This document shows, in pieces, positions 52,066 to 63,260 of a stretch of 64,000 bases of DNA (its first letter is position 1; every line of letters starts with the position of its first letter). Origin of the DNA: Candidatus Bathyarchaeota archaeon (GTDB lineage Archaea; Thermoproteota; Bathyarchaeia; Bathyarchaeales; Bathycorpusculaceae); NCBI GenBank assembly GCA_963815095.1, contig CAWFFH010000006.1:147289-211288 (forward strand), read 5' to 3'. The position numbers and the translations under genes were made by a program. The notes under the pieces were generated by a model. The model made no database searches. It was not told where the DNA came from and saw nothing but the letters and a program-made list of their open reading frames with translations.

Positions 52066-52443
52066 TTGTTTTCGGCTCTGTGTTTTTGTTGTACAAGTCT
52101 ACAATAGGTACTTAATAGGACATATTGGATTTGCAAATCATACTATACAAGATACCCGATATAAACCTTCAGACATACCCAAAGCATAACAAAACACACA
52201 TTCCAACCAAAAAAACACCATTACAACCATCATAAAGCCAGAAAAATCAACAAAACCCTACCCAAAATCAAACAAAAACCTACTGTCCAACAAACAGACA
52301 AACAAAATAATCAGCCCCTCCAGAGCCTTAAACTTCATTTAGGCTCAAGCAACGACTCTAAAAACCCCTTTAACTAATCCGTCGACATATTTCCGGTATC
52401 GAAATACGCCTTAAAAAGCAAAATACGATAAACCTGCTAGGAA

Positions 52444-53013
52444 ATGAAAAAGATGGTAGAGAACCCAGGTTCGAAAGATAGATCCTTAGAAGCGTTAGAT
52501 TTTCTAATGAACGTCCTAAGAGAACACGAACAGACCTTGGACGAGTCAATTCAGGAGTTGGCAACCGTTGCCGAACAGATGGGAAATATAGATGCATTAA
52601 AAATAAAAGTCGACAGTGCAGAACAAAAAATAGACAACCTACAAAAAGAAATTACAAATCTAATCGGGATTTTATCAAACGACCCCAAAGAAGCATCATC
52701 AGCAGCCACAACTGCTATGCAACAAGCACCCCATATTCAGGCAACATCAGCGACTTCTCAAAACGTACCTTTTTTGACTTTGCAATGCAACCGGTGGGAG
52801 GAATTTCAAAACTTATCAATGCAGGCGCAAACGTTGACTTTTAACTATAAACAGGAAGAGAAGGTTTTCCAAGCTGACGCACTTAAAGAAAACCAGCTTA
52901 TAAAATATACAGGCGTTCTTCCAAATTTTTCAACAATTCTAAAAACATGGTTATCCATTCAACTAAAGACGAACGAAAGGAATATCATAGAAGGCAACTT
53001 ACAAGCCAAATAG
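52444..53013 (+). CDS. Coiled-coil hypothetical protein
   Basis: EALDFLMNVLREHE..LD heptads followed by a globular C-terminal domain. Confidence 0.7.
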   Translation: MKKMVENPGSKDRSLEALDFLMNVLREHEQTLDESIQELATVAEQMGNIDALKIKVDSAEQKIDNLQKEITNLIGILSNDPKEASSAATTAMQQAPHIQATSATSQNVPFLTLQCNRWEEFQNLSMQAQTLTFNYKQEEKVFQADALKENQLIKYTGVLPNFSTILKTWLSIQLKTNERNIIEGNLQAK

Positions 53014-53399
53014 CATTTAATTATTAAACCTGAGGATGCAAGAAAACTTGGGTAAAAGAAAAATTTTCATCATTAATCCTTATTCAAAGAGCACAAAACA
53101 AATGCACCTCTAATTATCCATTGAGCAATTCATAATTCTATTTACATTCTTGTTTAGCTTTTACATATTTTATGACGACTCTTGAGGCTTGAAAGTCTGG
53201 CCTTCTTTAGCCATAGTCCATCTTTATACATCCACCATTTTGATCAGAAACAAACCAAAACCGATCCTCTCCTCAGTTCTAAGCCTACTTTGAAGATTCT
53301 GAGTTCATAAACCTTAATAAAACAAAAGCAAACTGATGACACGTGAATTCACTTAGCAAAAACTATGCTCGATTGACTTCGATGAGGTAATTAGCAATC

Positions 53400-56120
53400 T
53401 TGAACAAGCAGGATGAAAAAACAAAAAATACATATGCATCAGATTCAACGCCTTCCAACAAAAAAACCATTACTCGAGTTTTACATGTTGACGACGATCT
53501 TTGCTTTCTAGAAGTTTCAAAACAAATCCTCTCAATCGAAAACAATTATGAAATCGACAATGCCACCTCAGTTGCCGACGCTTTCAAAAAAATGGAACAA
53601 CAAACCTATGATGTAATAGTTTCTGACTACGAAATGCCGCAGAAAAACGGTTTAGATTTTCTTAAAGAACTCAGAGAACAAACCAACCAAGCCCCATTTA
53701 TCCTATTTACTGGAAAAGGCCGAGAAGATGTTGCGGTTAAAGCTTTGAATTTAGGCGCCGATAGCTACATCAATAAAAACGGATCACCAGAAACGGTCTA
53801 TTTTGAATTGGCAGACGCCATAAACAAAATTGTAGAAAGAACGGAAACAAAAAAACAACGCGAAAAAGCAGAACAAGAACTAATTGAAAAAGAATCAAAG
53901 TACCAGAATATTTTCAACAACTCTGAAGTAGGAATGTTCAGAACTAAATTAGATGGAACAGAAATTCTTGATTTTAATGAAAAATACCTAAATATTTTCG
54001 GTTTAACCCGTGAAGAGATGAAAGGTAAGCGATCAGCGATTTTTTGGGCTGACCCGCTTCAACGACAAGAATTGATTCGTCTGCTTCAAGCGAACGGTCA
54101 CGTGAAAGATTTTGAATGCAAAATGTTAAACAAACAAAACGAACTACGAACGTGTCTAACTTCAGTTAAACTTTACCCTGAACAGGGAATAATAGAAGGA
54201 TCAATAACAGATATCACAGAACGCAAAAAAATCGAAACAGAACTAAAATCTAGCCTTGCAAAGGAACATTTCTTTGCCGACTTAATAAGAAATGCCTCAA
54301 TTGCAATTGCTGTGGCTTCACCTGATGGTAGATTATTGATGGCTAATAATGCCTTTCAGGAGCTTACAGGTTACGATGAAGAAGAATTAAAAAAAATAAC
54401 TTGGAATGAAACTCTAACCCCGCCCGAGTGGCGCGAACATGAAATAAAGACTCTGGAAGAAATTATCCGATCAAAAAAAGCCGGTGTCTACAGGAAGGAG
54501 TACATTCGCAAAGACGGCTCTAGAGTGCCAATCGAAATTGTTACTCACCCATTCTTTGAAAACAAAGGAAAAGTCACTTATTTTTTTGGATTTGTAACAA
54601 ACATAACTGAACGCAAAAAAGCAGAGGAAGCATTGAGGGAGAGCCAAGTATTAACACAAAAAATGCTCTTTTGCTCTCCAAATCTCATTTACATTTACGA
54701 CTTACAGAAAAACTGCAATGTATACGCCAACAAAGAAGTGCTATCTTTCTTAGGGTACACTCCTGAACAGGTTAAATCTATGGGGTCTGAGTTGTTTGCC
54801 AACATTCTGCATCCCGATGACGCCCCAATTGTCGCTAAACATCATGCACTTTTCAAGAATGCACCCGACAACGCAACCTTTGAGGTTGAGTATAGAATGA
54901 AGCATGCAAGTGGAGATTGGCGATGGCTCCGTAGCCGTGACACCTTGTTTGCACGAACAGCAGAGGGCTTTGGTAAACAAATTCTTGGTATGAGTGAAGA
55001 CATTACGGAAAGAAAGAAGGTTAAAGAAACCTTGCGAAAGGGCATGGAGAGGTACAGGGAGCTTGCAGATTCTTTGCCTGAAATTATTTTTGAGACAGAC
55101 ATTAATGGCGTCTTAACTTATGCCAACCGAAGTGCCTTTGAAATGATGGGTTACACAAGTGAAGATTTAGCAAAAGGTTTTTCGGCCTTTGATTTGGTTG
55201 AACAAGAAGACAAAGAAAAAGCCAAAGACCACTTTAGCAAAACATTGGCTAACAATTCCTCTGTTGACAATGAATATACTTGTGTTAGAAAGAATGGCAG
55301 CACTTTCCCAACCTTAATTGTAAGTAAATCAATCATAGGAGAGAATGGACCTGTGGGTCTTAGAGGTGTAGCCATGGATATTACTCAACGCAAAGAAGCT
55401 GAAGAAGAGCAGAAGAAGGGACAGGCAAAAATCGAAGTAATGAATGAAAAGCTTCGCGTCGTAGGTGGTTTAACTAGACATGACTTAAGCAACAAGCTTA
55501 TGACGATAAAGGCTAACACCTATTTGCTTTCGAAACGAGTGGGCGACAATCCTGAATTAACTAAATATTTGGAAGGCATCGATTCAGCGCTCCATGGAGC
55601 AGATCAGATTATCGAGTTTGGACGTGCATATGAGAAAATTGGTTCAGAAGAGCTCACCAATATGCATGTTGAAGCCTGCTTTAATGAAGCTGCTGCCCTG
55701 TTTCCGGAACTACTCGGAATAAATGTAATCAATGAATCCCAAGGTCTAACTGTTCTGGCTGATTCACTACTTAGGCAATTACTGTATAACCTCATCGACA
55801 ACTCACTTAAGCACGGAGAAAAAGTTACCCAAATACGATTATACTACAACAAAAATGGTGATGGGGTAAAACTTTACTATGAAGACAACGGAGTCGGCAT
55901 TTCAAAAGAGAATAAGCCGAAAATTTTCGCCGAAAATTTCACGACAGGGAATGGATCCGGCCTTGGATTACGGTTGATAAAAAAAATAATGGAAGTCTAC
56001 GGTTGGTTAATAACTGAAGATGGCAAACCGGGTATTGGAGCAAGGTTTGTTATAACTATTCCAAGATTTAATCAAACTGGAAAAGTGAACTACCAAATTA
56101 ATTCAGTTTTGGGGGAATAA
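53400..56120 (+). CDS. Hybrid REC-4xPAS histidine kinase
   Basis: VLHVDDD/SDYEMP/FTGKG receiver, PAS repeats, H-box TRHDLSN, NLIDNSLKHG, DNGVGI, GSGLGL. Confidence 0.92.
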   Translation: MNKQDEKTKNTYASDSTPSNKKTITRVLHVDDDLCFLEVSKQILSIENNYEIDNATSVADAFKKMEQQTYDVIVSDYEMPQKNGLDFLKELREQTNQAPFILFTGKGREDVAVKALNLGADSYINKNGSPETVYFELADAINKIVERTETKKQREKAEQELIEKESKYQNIFNNSEVGMFRTKLDGTEILDFNEKYLNIFGLTREEMKGKRSAIFWADPLQRQELIRLLQANGHVKDFECKMLNKQNELRTCLTSVKLYPEQGIIEGSITDITERKKIETELKSSLAKEHFFADLIRNASIAIAVASPDGRLLMANNAFQELTGYDEEELKKITWNETLTPPEWREHEIKTLEEIIRSKKAGVYRKEYIRKDGSRVPIEIVTHPFFENKGKVTYFFGFVTNITERKKAEEALRESQVLTQKMLFCSPNLIYIYDLQKNCNVYANKEVLSFLGYTPEQVKSMGSELFANILHPDDAPIVAKHHALFKNAPDNATFEVEYRMKHASGDWRWLRSRDTLFARTAEGFGKQILGMSEDITERKKVKETLRKGMERYRELADSLPEIIFETDINGVLTYANRSAFEMMGYTSEDLAKGFSAFDLVEQEDKEKAKDHFSKTLANNSSVDNEYTCVRKNGSTFPTLIVSKSIIGENGPVGLRGVAMDITQRKEAEEEQKKGQAKIEVMNEKLRVVGGLTRHDLSNKLMTIKANTYLLSKRVGDNPELTKYLEGIDSALHGADQIIEFGRAYEKIGSEELTNMHVEACFNEAAALFPELLGINVINESQGLTVLADSLLRQLLYNLIDNSLKHGEKVTQIRLYYNKNGDGVKLYYEDNGVGISKENKPKIFAENFTTGNGSGLGLRLIKKIMEVYGWLITEDGKPGIGARFVITIPRFNQTGKVNYQINSVLGE

Positions 56121-56123
56121 TAA

Positions 56124-59099
56124 TTGATCAGTATCTCGAAAATAAATGACGAGCAGGAAAAACAAGAAGCTAAACCTGATAAAATTCGTGCAATTATTGA
56201 TGGCATTGGCGATCTATTGTTTGTTATGGATAAAAACAGAATAATCACTGAAGTTAACAAAACCACTTGCGATTACTTCAATAAAAAACCTGAAGAAATG
56301 TTAGGTAAGTATTGTTACGAGATTGTTCATGGTACTAATTGTCCATTGTCTAATTGTCCAGCAACAAAGACTTATGAAACAAAACAATCAGTAACCAAAG
56401 AGATCAACGATCCCAACTTAGGCATACCACTATTAATAACGACCTCACCAATTCTTGACGAACAGGGCAAAATTACTCAGATTATCCATGTAGCTAAAGA
56501 CATAAGTGCAATCAAACAGGCAGAAATGGAGCTGCACATTGCAGCAAACCTTTTCGATGCTGTTTCAGACTCAATAATAGTGCATGATTCGGATGGAAAA
56601 ATTCTGTACTTCAACGAGACTTCCTACAAGACAAGAGGATATACAAAAGACGAATTCCAAAGACTCAGCATCCAAAACTTGGAGGAACCAGGCGACCCAA
56701 CGTTTTTTGGAACCCAAATGAAGCAGATGCACGACCATGGCGAGGCAACCTTTGAAACAGTGAACTTACTCAAAGACAAGACAGTCTTGCCAGTCGAGAT
56801 CCATGCACGAGTAATTGAGTCAGAAGGCAAAAAATTAGTCATAAGCGTGGCTCGAGACATTTCGGAACGCAAGAAAGCTGAAAAAGCAGCCAACGCAAGT
56901 TTGAAACGATATCAATCCTTCATTGAAGTAACCGGCGAGTTGGGCTGGACCACAAATGCCGCTGGCGAGGTATTGGAAGATATACCTTCGTTTAGAAATT
57001 TTACAGGTCAGACTTACGACGAAGTGAAAGGATCCGGCTGGACAAAACATATTCATCCCGGCGATTTGGAACAAGTCACCCTGACATGGCAGAAAGCTGT
57101 AAAAAACAGAACCAAGTATGAAGTTGAATATCGTTTGCGCAGGTTTGACGGCGCTTATCGTAATTTATTGGCCCGCGGAGTTCCAATATTTGATGAGAAC
57201 GGAGAAATACATGAATGGGTTGGAACCTGCATCGACATCACTGATCGAATCGAAGCTGAAGAAAATTTAGCAAATTTGAAAAAATTCGATGGAAGAATAA
57301 TAGATTCACTTGACGATGCCCTATTAGTAATCGACCCCAGCGACTATAAAATAATTAGTACCAATAAATCTGCATTGGAACAATTGAAGCTTAGCAGGGA
57401 CGAACTTATTGGAAAAACTTGCTATGAAATAACCCACCACTCAAAGGCACCCTGCAATTCTCAAGAACACCTTTGCCCAATTCAAAGAGTACTTGAAACC
57501 AAAGAAATCACAACGGTTGAGCACAAGCATTTTGATGAAAACTATAATGAACGAATTGTAGAAGTATCAGCAAGACTCGTCAAAAATCCTCAAGGAAAAC
57601 CAGTCATAATTCACGTTGCCAGAGATATTACTGAAAGGAAACAAATGGAAACGAAGATTCGGGAAGCCGAAAAAAGATATCGCGCATTATTTGATCAGGC
57701 GCCTGTGGGTATTCTTCTTATCGATGCTGAAACGGCAATACCAGTTGAATTCAATGAGGTCGCCCATAAACAATTAGGGTATTCCAGAGATGAGTTTGCA
57801 AAACTCCGCATTTTTGATTACATAGCCGCTGAGACTCAAGATCAAACAAGAGACAGGATAAAAAAGATATTGCGAGAAGGCAGAACTGAATTCGAAACCA
57901 AACACCGAACTAAAAGCGGCGAGATCAGAGATATCGTAGCAACTTCTCAAATGATTGAACTTTCTGGAAAAAAATTCGTCCACAGCATCTATCTAGACGT
58001 GACGGAAGCCAAGAAAATGGAGTATACCTTGATGGAAAGCGAGGCGAAGTACCGCCAATTGGTTGAACTTGCGCAAGAAGGAGTTTGGGCATTAGACAGT
58101 AATTACTGTACGGTTTTTGTTAATCCTCGTATGGCTAAGATGTTGGGATACATTGAAAGCGAATTGATTGGAAAGAATTTATCAGCTTTTTTGGCAGCAC
58201 CCAACTCTGAACTTGCCGAACACAATTTGGAAGGATGCAAACTAGGCAACAAAGGGCAATGCGAGTTTGAGTTTATTCAAAAGAACGGCAATCACATTTA
58301 TGCAAATATTGCAGCTTCATCCATTCAAGATGACACTGGCGAAATTATTGGAACTCTTGCACTGGTTGCAGACACTACTGAACGCAAGAAGATAGAGGTT
58401 AACTTGAAAGAAAGCCTTGACAAACTCGAGATTATGAACGAGAAATTGAGTGTGGTTGGCAGCTTAACTAGGCATGATGTTCGTAACAAGCTTTCATCAG
58501 TGACTGGGTATGCATATCTGCTTAAGAAGAAGCATAGTGATCAGGCAGATATCTTGGATGGACTTAGCAAGATGGAGCAAGCTGTTAGAGAGTCGATGAA
58601 GATCTTTGACTTTGCAAAAATGTATGAACAACTTGGCGTTGAAGACCTAACTTACATCGATGTAGAATCCAAACTAAAAGAAGCATGCACACTCTTTTCC
58701 GGCCAGCTTCCTAATATAATCAACGAATGCCAAGGGCTAACTGTTTTGGCTGATTCATTCTTGCGACAACTATTCTACAACTTTATCGACAACACCAAAA
58801 AATATGGCAAAAAAACCACAACAATCAGAGTGCATTATGAAAAACCTAACCCAGAAAACCTTAAGCTATTTTATGAGGATGACGGTGTGGGAATATCTTT
58901 AGAGAACAAAGCATATCTTTTCAAAGAAGGCTTCAGCACAGGCGGGAGCACAGGCTTTGGATTATTTTTAACTAAGAAGATGATAGATGTTTATGGCTGG
59001 CAAATCCAAGAGAGTGGGTTACCTGGTGAAGGAGTGAAATTTGTCATCAGCATTCCTAAATTAAACAAGAATGGAAGAGAAAATTTCCAAATAACCTAA
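56124..59099 (+). CDS. Six-PAS sensor histidine kinase
   Basis: PAS repeats, H-box TRHDVRN, DDGVGI, GFGL. Confidence 0.92.
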   Translation: MISISKINDEQEKQEAKPDKIRAIIDGIGDLLFVMDKNRIITEVNKTTCDYFNKKPEEMLGKYCYEIVHGTNCPLSNCPATKTYETKQSVTKEINDPNLGIPLLITTSPILDEQGKITQIIHVAKDISAIKQAEMELHIAANLFDAVSDSIIVHDSDGKILYFNETSYKTRGYTKDEFQRLSIQNLEEPGDPTFFGTQMKQMHDHGEATFETVNLLKDKTVLPVEIHARVIESEGKKLVISVARDISERKKAEKAANASLKRYQSFIEVTGELGWTTNAAGEVLEDIPSFRNFTGQTYDEVKGSGWTKHIHPGDLEQVTLTWQKAVKNRTKYEVEYRLRRFDGAYRNLLARGVPIFDENGEIHEWVGTCIDITDRIEAEENLANLKKFDGRIIDSLDDALLVIDPSDYKIISTNKSALEQLKLSRDELIGKTCYEITHHSKAPCNSQEHLCPIQRVLETKEITTVEHKHFDENYNERIVEVSARLVKNPQGKPVIIHVARDITERKQMETKIREAEKRYRALFDQAPVGILLIDAETAIPVEFNEVAHKQLGYSRDEFAKLRIFDYIAAETQDQTRDRIKKILREGRTEFETKHRTKSGEIRDIVATSQMIELSGKKFVHSIYLDVTEAKKMEYTLMESEAKYRQLVELAQEGVWALDSNYCTVFVNPRMAKMLGYIESELIGKNLSAFLAAPNSELAEHNLEGCKLGNKGQCEFEFIQKNGNHIYANIAASSIQDDTGEIIGTLALVADTTERKKIEVNLKESLDKLEIMNEKLSVVGSLTRHDVRNKLSSVTGYAYLLKKKHSDQADILDGLSKMEQAVRESMKIFDFAKMYEQLGVEDLTYIDVESKLKEACTLFSGQLPNIINECQGLTVLADSFLRQLFYNFIDNTKKYGKKTTTIRVHYEKPNPENLKLFYEDDGVGISLENKAYLFKEGFSTGGSTGFGLFLTKKMIDVYGWQIQESGLPGEGVKFVISIPKLNKNGRENFQIT

Positions 59100-59297
59100 A
59101 TATTTTATAAAAAAAATTTGTAAAACGTCTTTTTTGTAATGCAATCATGATCTTTATGAAATTATCATGATATGGTTAATAATGATATGTTTGTGTTTAT
59201 TGTGAAAATTTAGCAAGCGTTTTATTGATTCGTATTTTTTCATATTTGGCAAAGCTTAATTGCAATTTTAATTCAACATTAAATGTGGGTGGGGGCA

Positions 59298-59435
59298 ATG
59301 TACAAAAAAGTAACTGACTTTGAGGATTTAGAAAAATATCGCGAACAGGTAAAACAGCAACCTAAAACAGCTTTCCAGAAGATTGAACTGGACATTATTG
59401 ACCGTGCCATTGCAAATTTGAGGGGCAACGTGTAA
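59298..59435 (+). CDS. Small hypothetical protein (45 aa)
   Basis: Manual translation MYKKVTDFEDLEKYREQVKQQPKTAFQKIELDIIDRAIANLRGNV; GGGTGGGG SD-like sequence. Confidence 0.55.
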   Translation: MYKKVTDFEDLEKYREQVKQQPKTAFQKIELDIIDRAIANLRGNV

Positions 59436-59557
59436 GTTTTATTTTTACAATCTCTCTATTTTAGATAATTTGTTTGTTTTTTCCGCGGATATAGAAAAGA
59501 GGCATAATTTTTCTAGAATAACTATTAAATAGTTCGCTGGGGAGCGTTTGGTATGGA

Positions 59558-60016
59558 GTGCGGCAATTGCCTGCTACTGAGAATTCGAAAAAGGATTTTA
59601 GTTCTGAAGATCGCAAGGCAAGAGCGGAAGCACAAAAGCAATTGATTGAGGACCTTAAGGCTCAGTGGAAGCTTCTGTGGAGTGAGAGATTTGACGATAG
59701 GGTAAGGGCTGAGGGTGTTTCAGTAAACGATTATGCAATTCTGGATGTTGAGAAAGGAACGATTATCCATGCAACCAAAGATTTCAAGATCCTAAACCTC
59801 AAACAAATACTCGAAAAGCACAAAATTGAAAACCCTGAACGATATGTCCAGCCGGACGTGCATGTGGGGGGTTGGAATAAATTCATAAAAACAGAAATAT
59901 CCGGCAAAACCAAGAAAGGCAGCCGGGCTGCAGCTTATGAAGAGGAAAAGAAAAACAAAAAAAGCGCAAGCCAACAACCCAAGAAGGGCGGCCGAGGTTG
60001 GCTCCATTCAACCTGA
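59558..60016 (+). CDS. Hypothetical protein
   Basis: 152-aa ORF with charged, globular composition and a GGAG SD-like sequence. Confidence 0.7.
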   Translation: MRQLPATENSKKDFSSEDRKARAEAQKQLIEDLKAQWKLLWSERFDDRVRAEGVSVNDYAILDVEKGTIIHATKDFKILNLKQILEKHKIENPERYVQPDVHVGGWNKFIKTEISGKTKKGSRAAAYEEEKKNKKSASQQPKKGGRGWLHST

Positions 60017-60640
60017 CACGTTTTTTCAAAATTTCGTTTAACACTAGAAAGTTGGTGCAATTTTTAGGGCAGAGAAAAAACTATCTGCAGGTAGTAAACG
60101 TCACTTTAAAACAGGTCTCGCATCCAGTACAAGTGAAAGCAGCTATGCTGAAGAAAAAGTTCTTTATTTCCCTATCCGGTTTTAGTTTTCTTTCCCACAA
60201 TTGGGACATTTAACTTTAGCCATTAGTTCACTTTCATAATTTGTCTTGATGAAAAAATATCAAGATTTGTGGTTACACTGTGCAGCAACAAGTGTTTTCA
60301 ACGGAAGTGTAGGTTTGTCTTTTGGAGCTTATTTTTTTCGATCTGAGATGATAAGTTAGGTTAACTTGCTGAAGAACGCAACAATGTATTTTGGTATTGT
60401 GCTTGTTTAATTGTGGTGTTGCATTTTCTGCATTTGTAAAGTTTTATGCTAAACATAGAGTTTTCTAGTTTTTTTGTGGGTTGGGCAATAACTTTGCCGC
60501 ATTTATTACAGTTGACCATTTGACCATCCGAACGCGGCTTATGAGGTGATTTGGGTATATGAAAATTTGTGGTTACAAACTAGGACCTACAAATGTAAAC
60601 AATTTTTTTTCAACTGAATTATAATCAAAAAAAGGAAAAA

Positions 60641-60934
60641 TTAATTTTTTACGTTATGTTTTTCTTCTTTTACGTCTGCAGTGATTTCTTCAATAGGTTT
60701 AGGTGGAGGAGTAGTCGCCATTGTAAACCCAATCCAAGCGCCGATACCCAGAATAGCGATAAAAGCAACCGCAACTGGAACCGCAATTACCCAGAAGTGA
60801 ACGTTTGTAGCTGAACCCAAGTTAATCAATCCGGAAATATAGGGATCATAGAAGAAAAGCAACCCAATATAACCCAAAGCAACAACCAAACAAACCGCCA
60901 CGATAACTCCGCCAATTGCTTGATCTTTACTCAT
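60641..60934 (-). CDS. Conserved archaeal two-TM small protein
   Basis: MSKDQAIG...WIGFTMATTPPPKPIEEI motif; GGTGGTG SD-like sequence. Confidence 0.8.
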   Translation of the reverse strand: MSKDQAIGGVIVAVCLVVALGYIGLLFFYDPYISGLINLGSATNVHFWVIAVPVAVAFIAILGIGAWIGFTMATTPPPKPIEEITADVKEEKHNVKN

Positions 60935-61071
60935 TCTTTTTCACCACCCAAAGCTTTTGTTTGATTATGAGTGTTGATTTTGGAAATATATTAATCATAT
61001 GCCTATTTTGGATAGGCTAGGCTGATTTATTAGTTGGTTTTTTATCAGAGATTAGAAAAGAGGTTTTTTGG

Positions 61072-61719
61072 ACGTTTGCGATTGGTCACTTTGCCTTAGG
61101 CTACCTATTTGGGAAGGGTTCCTCAAAGCTTGCCCGAGTTAAAGTGAATCTGCCGCTTCTGTTAGCTTCTTCAGTTTTACCAGACGTCGATCTTCTCTTC
61201 CGTTTCCTCATGCACGGAGGACCCACCCACTCACTTCTAACCATAACAGTTTTGATGATCCCTTTTTTTGTTGTTTACAAAAAACAAGCCATCCCCTATT
61301 ACGCCGCCTTGCTAACCCACGTTTTAATAGGCGATTTCTTAACCGGAGGAATCGAGCTTTTCTGGCCTTTATCTCATAACTTGTTTGGGGCACTAAACTT
61401 TGAGGTAACCAGCATGCCGATAGCATTAACGGAGCTTGTACTGTTCCTGGTAACAGTGCCAATTATGTATAAGCTGGGTGATTTGCAAACTCTTCTAAAA
61501 CCCCACAACCGGAATTGGGCTTTGATAATCCCACTGGGATCGATTATTGGACCTTTGCTTTCGCTTGGTCGAGGACAAGAAAATGCGTTGCCGACCCTTC
61601 TTGTGATTCCAAGCCTTTTTTATATGGGGCTGTTTGCTTATTCTTTGCTTATTTGGCTAAGAGCGGCATATAGGCGGGATATAGGTACGGCTGTAGTACG
61701 TGTAAACCGCGAAGATTGA
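61072..61719 (+). CDS. Membrane metal-dependent hydrolase (YdjM-like)
   Basis: GH.ALG (upstream of GTG 61144), LPDVD, HGGPTHS, H...D and FWP motifs; start uncertain. Confidence 0.78.
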   Translation, partial: TFAIGHFALGYLFGKGSSKLARVKVNLPLLLASSVLPDVDLLFRFLMHGGPTHSLLTITVLMIPFFVVYKKQAIPYYAALLTHVLIGDFLTGGIELFWPLSHNLFGALNFEVTSMPIALTELVLFLVTVPIMYKLGDLQTLLKPHNRNWALIIPLGSIIGPLLSLGRGQENALPTLLVIPSLFYMGLFAYSLLIWLRAAYRRDIGTAVVRVNRED

Positions 61720-61881
61720 AACATAGGTATCAAAATTTCATGCAAATAATCATGTTTTTGAATGATTTATGTAAATATTCAAGTATAGCTGCATATCTGC
61801 AATGACAGGTCACCATGATGAAAACATAACTCAATCGCCACCACTATAGGTTAAGTGAATTTGACAGGGGCATAGAAGGTC

Positions 61882-62218
61882 ATGGTTAAGCGGGAAGTTT
61901 TGTTTTGCACAACCCTCATCCTTATAGGCACTTTAAACTGTCTAACCACGTTAGTCGGGATAGTGTTTTTCAGCGCAACTGAAACCAGCCAGTTATGGCT
62001 GGGTAAACGCAATAAACATGCTCATCTTCAGTGCCGTAAAACTCTCAGCCATAACACTAACCGGACTTCTATTCTACAAGGCGGAGACCAAAGCAAAAAT
62101 TACTAATCAACTTTCACCTTTTACAAAAAAATTTTTGCTCTCTGGATACGGCATTTGCTTCATCACTTTCTCGGTTGTTGTGTTAAATAATTTTTCGGCA
62201 ATCTTTAAAGTAGCTTGA
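61882..62218 (+). pseudogene. DUF5658-like membrane protein with a frameshift
   Basis: GTLNCLTTLVGI...ATE in one frame, continuing as LIFSAVKL... in another. Confidence 0.55.
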
Positions 62219-62278
62219 GGCAGAGAAACCAAGAAAATTAGTTTAATTTAAAAGAAAAATGGGTGGAGGGATTTTTGT

Positions 62279-62753
62279 TTAATTTGTACCTGTGACGGTT
62301 ATTTGAACGCTAAAGTTTGTAATGTCAGTTATGCTTGAGGAAATTGCTAATGTTAAGTTTGCGGCTACTGATTGTTGTGGAGTGATTCTTGTGCCTTCTT
62401 GGTTCCAGGTTAATGTAATTGGACCGTTTGCGTTTGTTGGAGTCCAACTGGTTGTTCCATGTTCAAAGCAAGTGAGAGGCCGTTGCTGGTGTTTTTGACG
62501 TAGATTGTTTGGGTGATGTTTGTACCGGGAGTTAAGGTTCCCCAATCAATGGTGGTTAATGGAGTAGTGCAATTAGCGTTTGAGTATACGCCTAAGTTTT
62601 AGCGGATGTGCTTATTTTGCCGTTGGATGATAGTCTTTGTGAGTTGGTTGTGGCGGCAAAAGTTGTTACCGTTAATACGGTTGCAATTCGAACTAGTGCG
62701 ATTATTGATGCTGTTACGGAGAGTTTTATTTTTGGCGTATTTGTTCCCTGCAA
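62279..62753 (-). pseudogene. Secreted beta-sandwich protein, paralogue of 63429-63878, with at least two frameshifts
   Basis: Stitched frames give signal peptide, NG.I, LGVYSNANCTTPLTTIDWGTLTPG...IYVKNT, W.P....ITLTWNQ, FSVQITVTGT. Confidence 0.65.
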
Positions 62754-63035
62754 AAGCAACGTGTGTATTAAGTCTTAATAAGCATTATTGATCAAGTGTA
62801 CACACCTACAACTGAACAACAAATAAACAAAAAAACAACACAACATAAAAACAACCCACAACGACAAGCAAACTTCGCCACATCAGAAAAACAAGCGACT
62901 TCTAAGCTAAAGGCTATTTGCCCTTTTTATTTACAAAAGCTCGTGAACGATTCTTATGGATTTTCGATATGAATCCTAAATCAATAAAGCTTATACACTA
63001 AAAACTCCTAAACAAAATCTGGAGAAGGCATCAAC

Positions 63036-63260
63036 ATGACAAAATCAACCACCCGAACAAAACGCAGCAAACTCACAATCATTCTACTATCCCCACTTCT
63101 AATCTTCGTTTTCATTGCTGGCTGGAGCCTCTATTGCATCGGAAAGCCATGGCAGCAAGTGAAACAAACACAACAACCAATAAACGAAATGCCCACAAAA
63201 CGAGACGCTGTAGAGTTGGCAGTGATTTCTCAACAAGAAGAACAAATTCGGGCAAATTGA
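63036..63260 (+). CDS. Small single-TM protein
   Basis: GGAGAAGG SD-like sequence, basic N-terminus, TM helix, GWSLYCIG. Confidence 0.6.
   Translation: MTKSTTRTKRSKLTIILLSPLLIFVFIAGWSLYCIGKPWQQVKQTQQPINEMPTKRDAVELAVISQQEEQIRAN

Noticed and set aside
53333-53352. Box C-like TGATGA motifs as C/D sRNAs (also ~30537 and ~61816)
   Set aside because: No properly spaced D and D' (CTGA) boxes found
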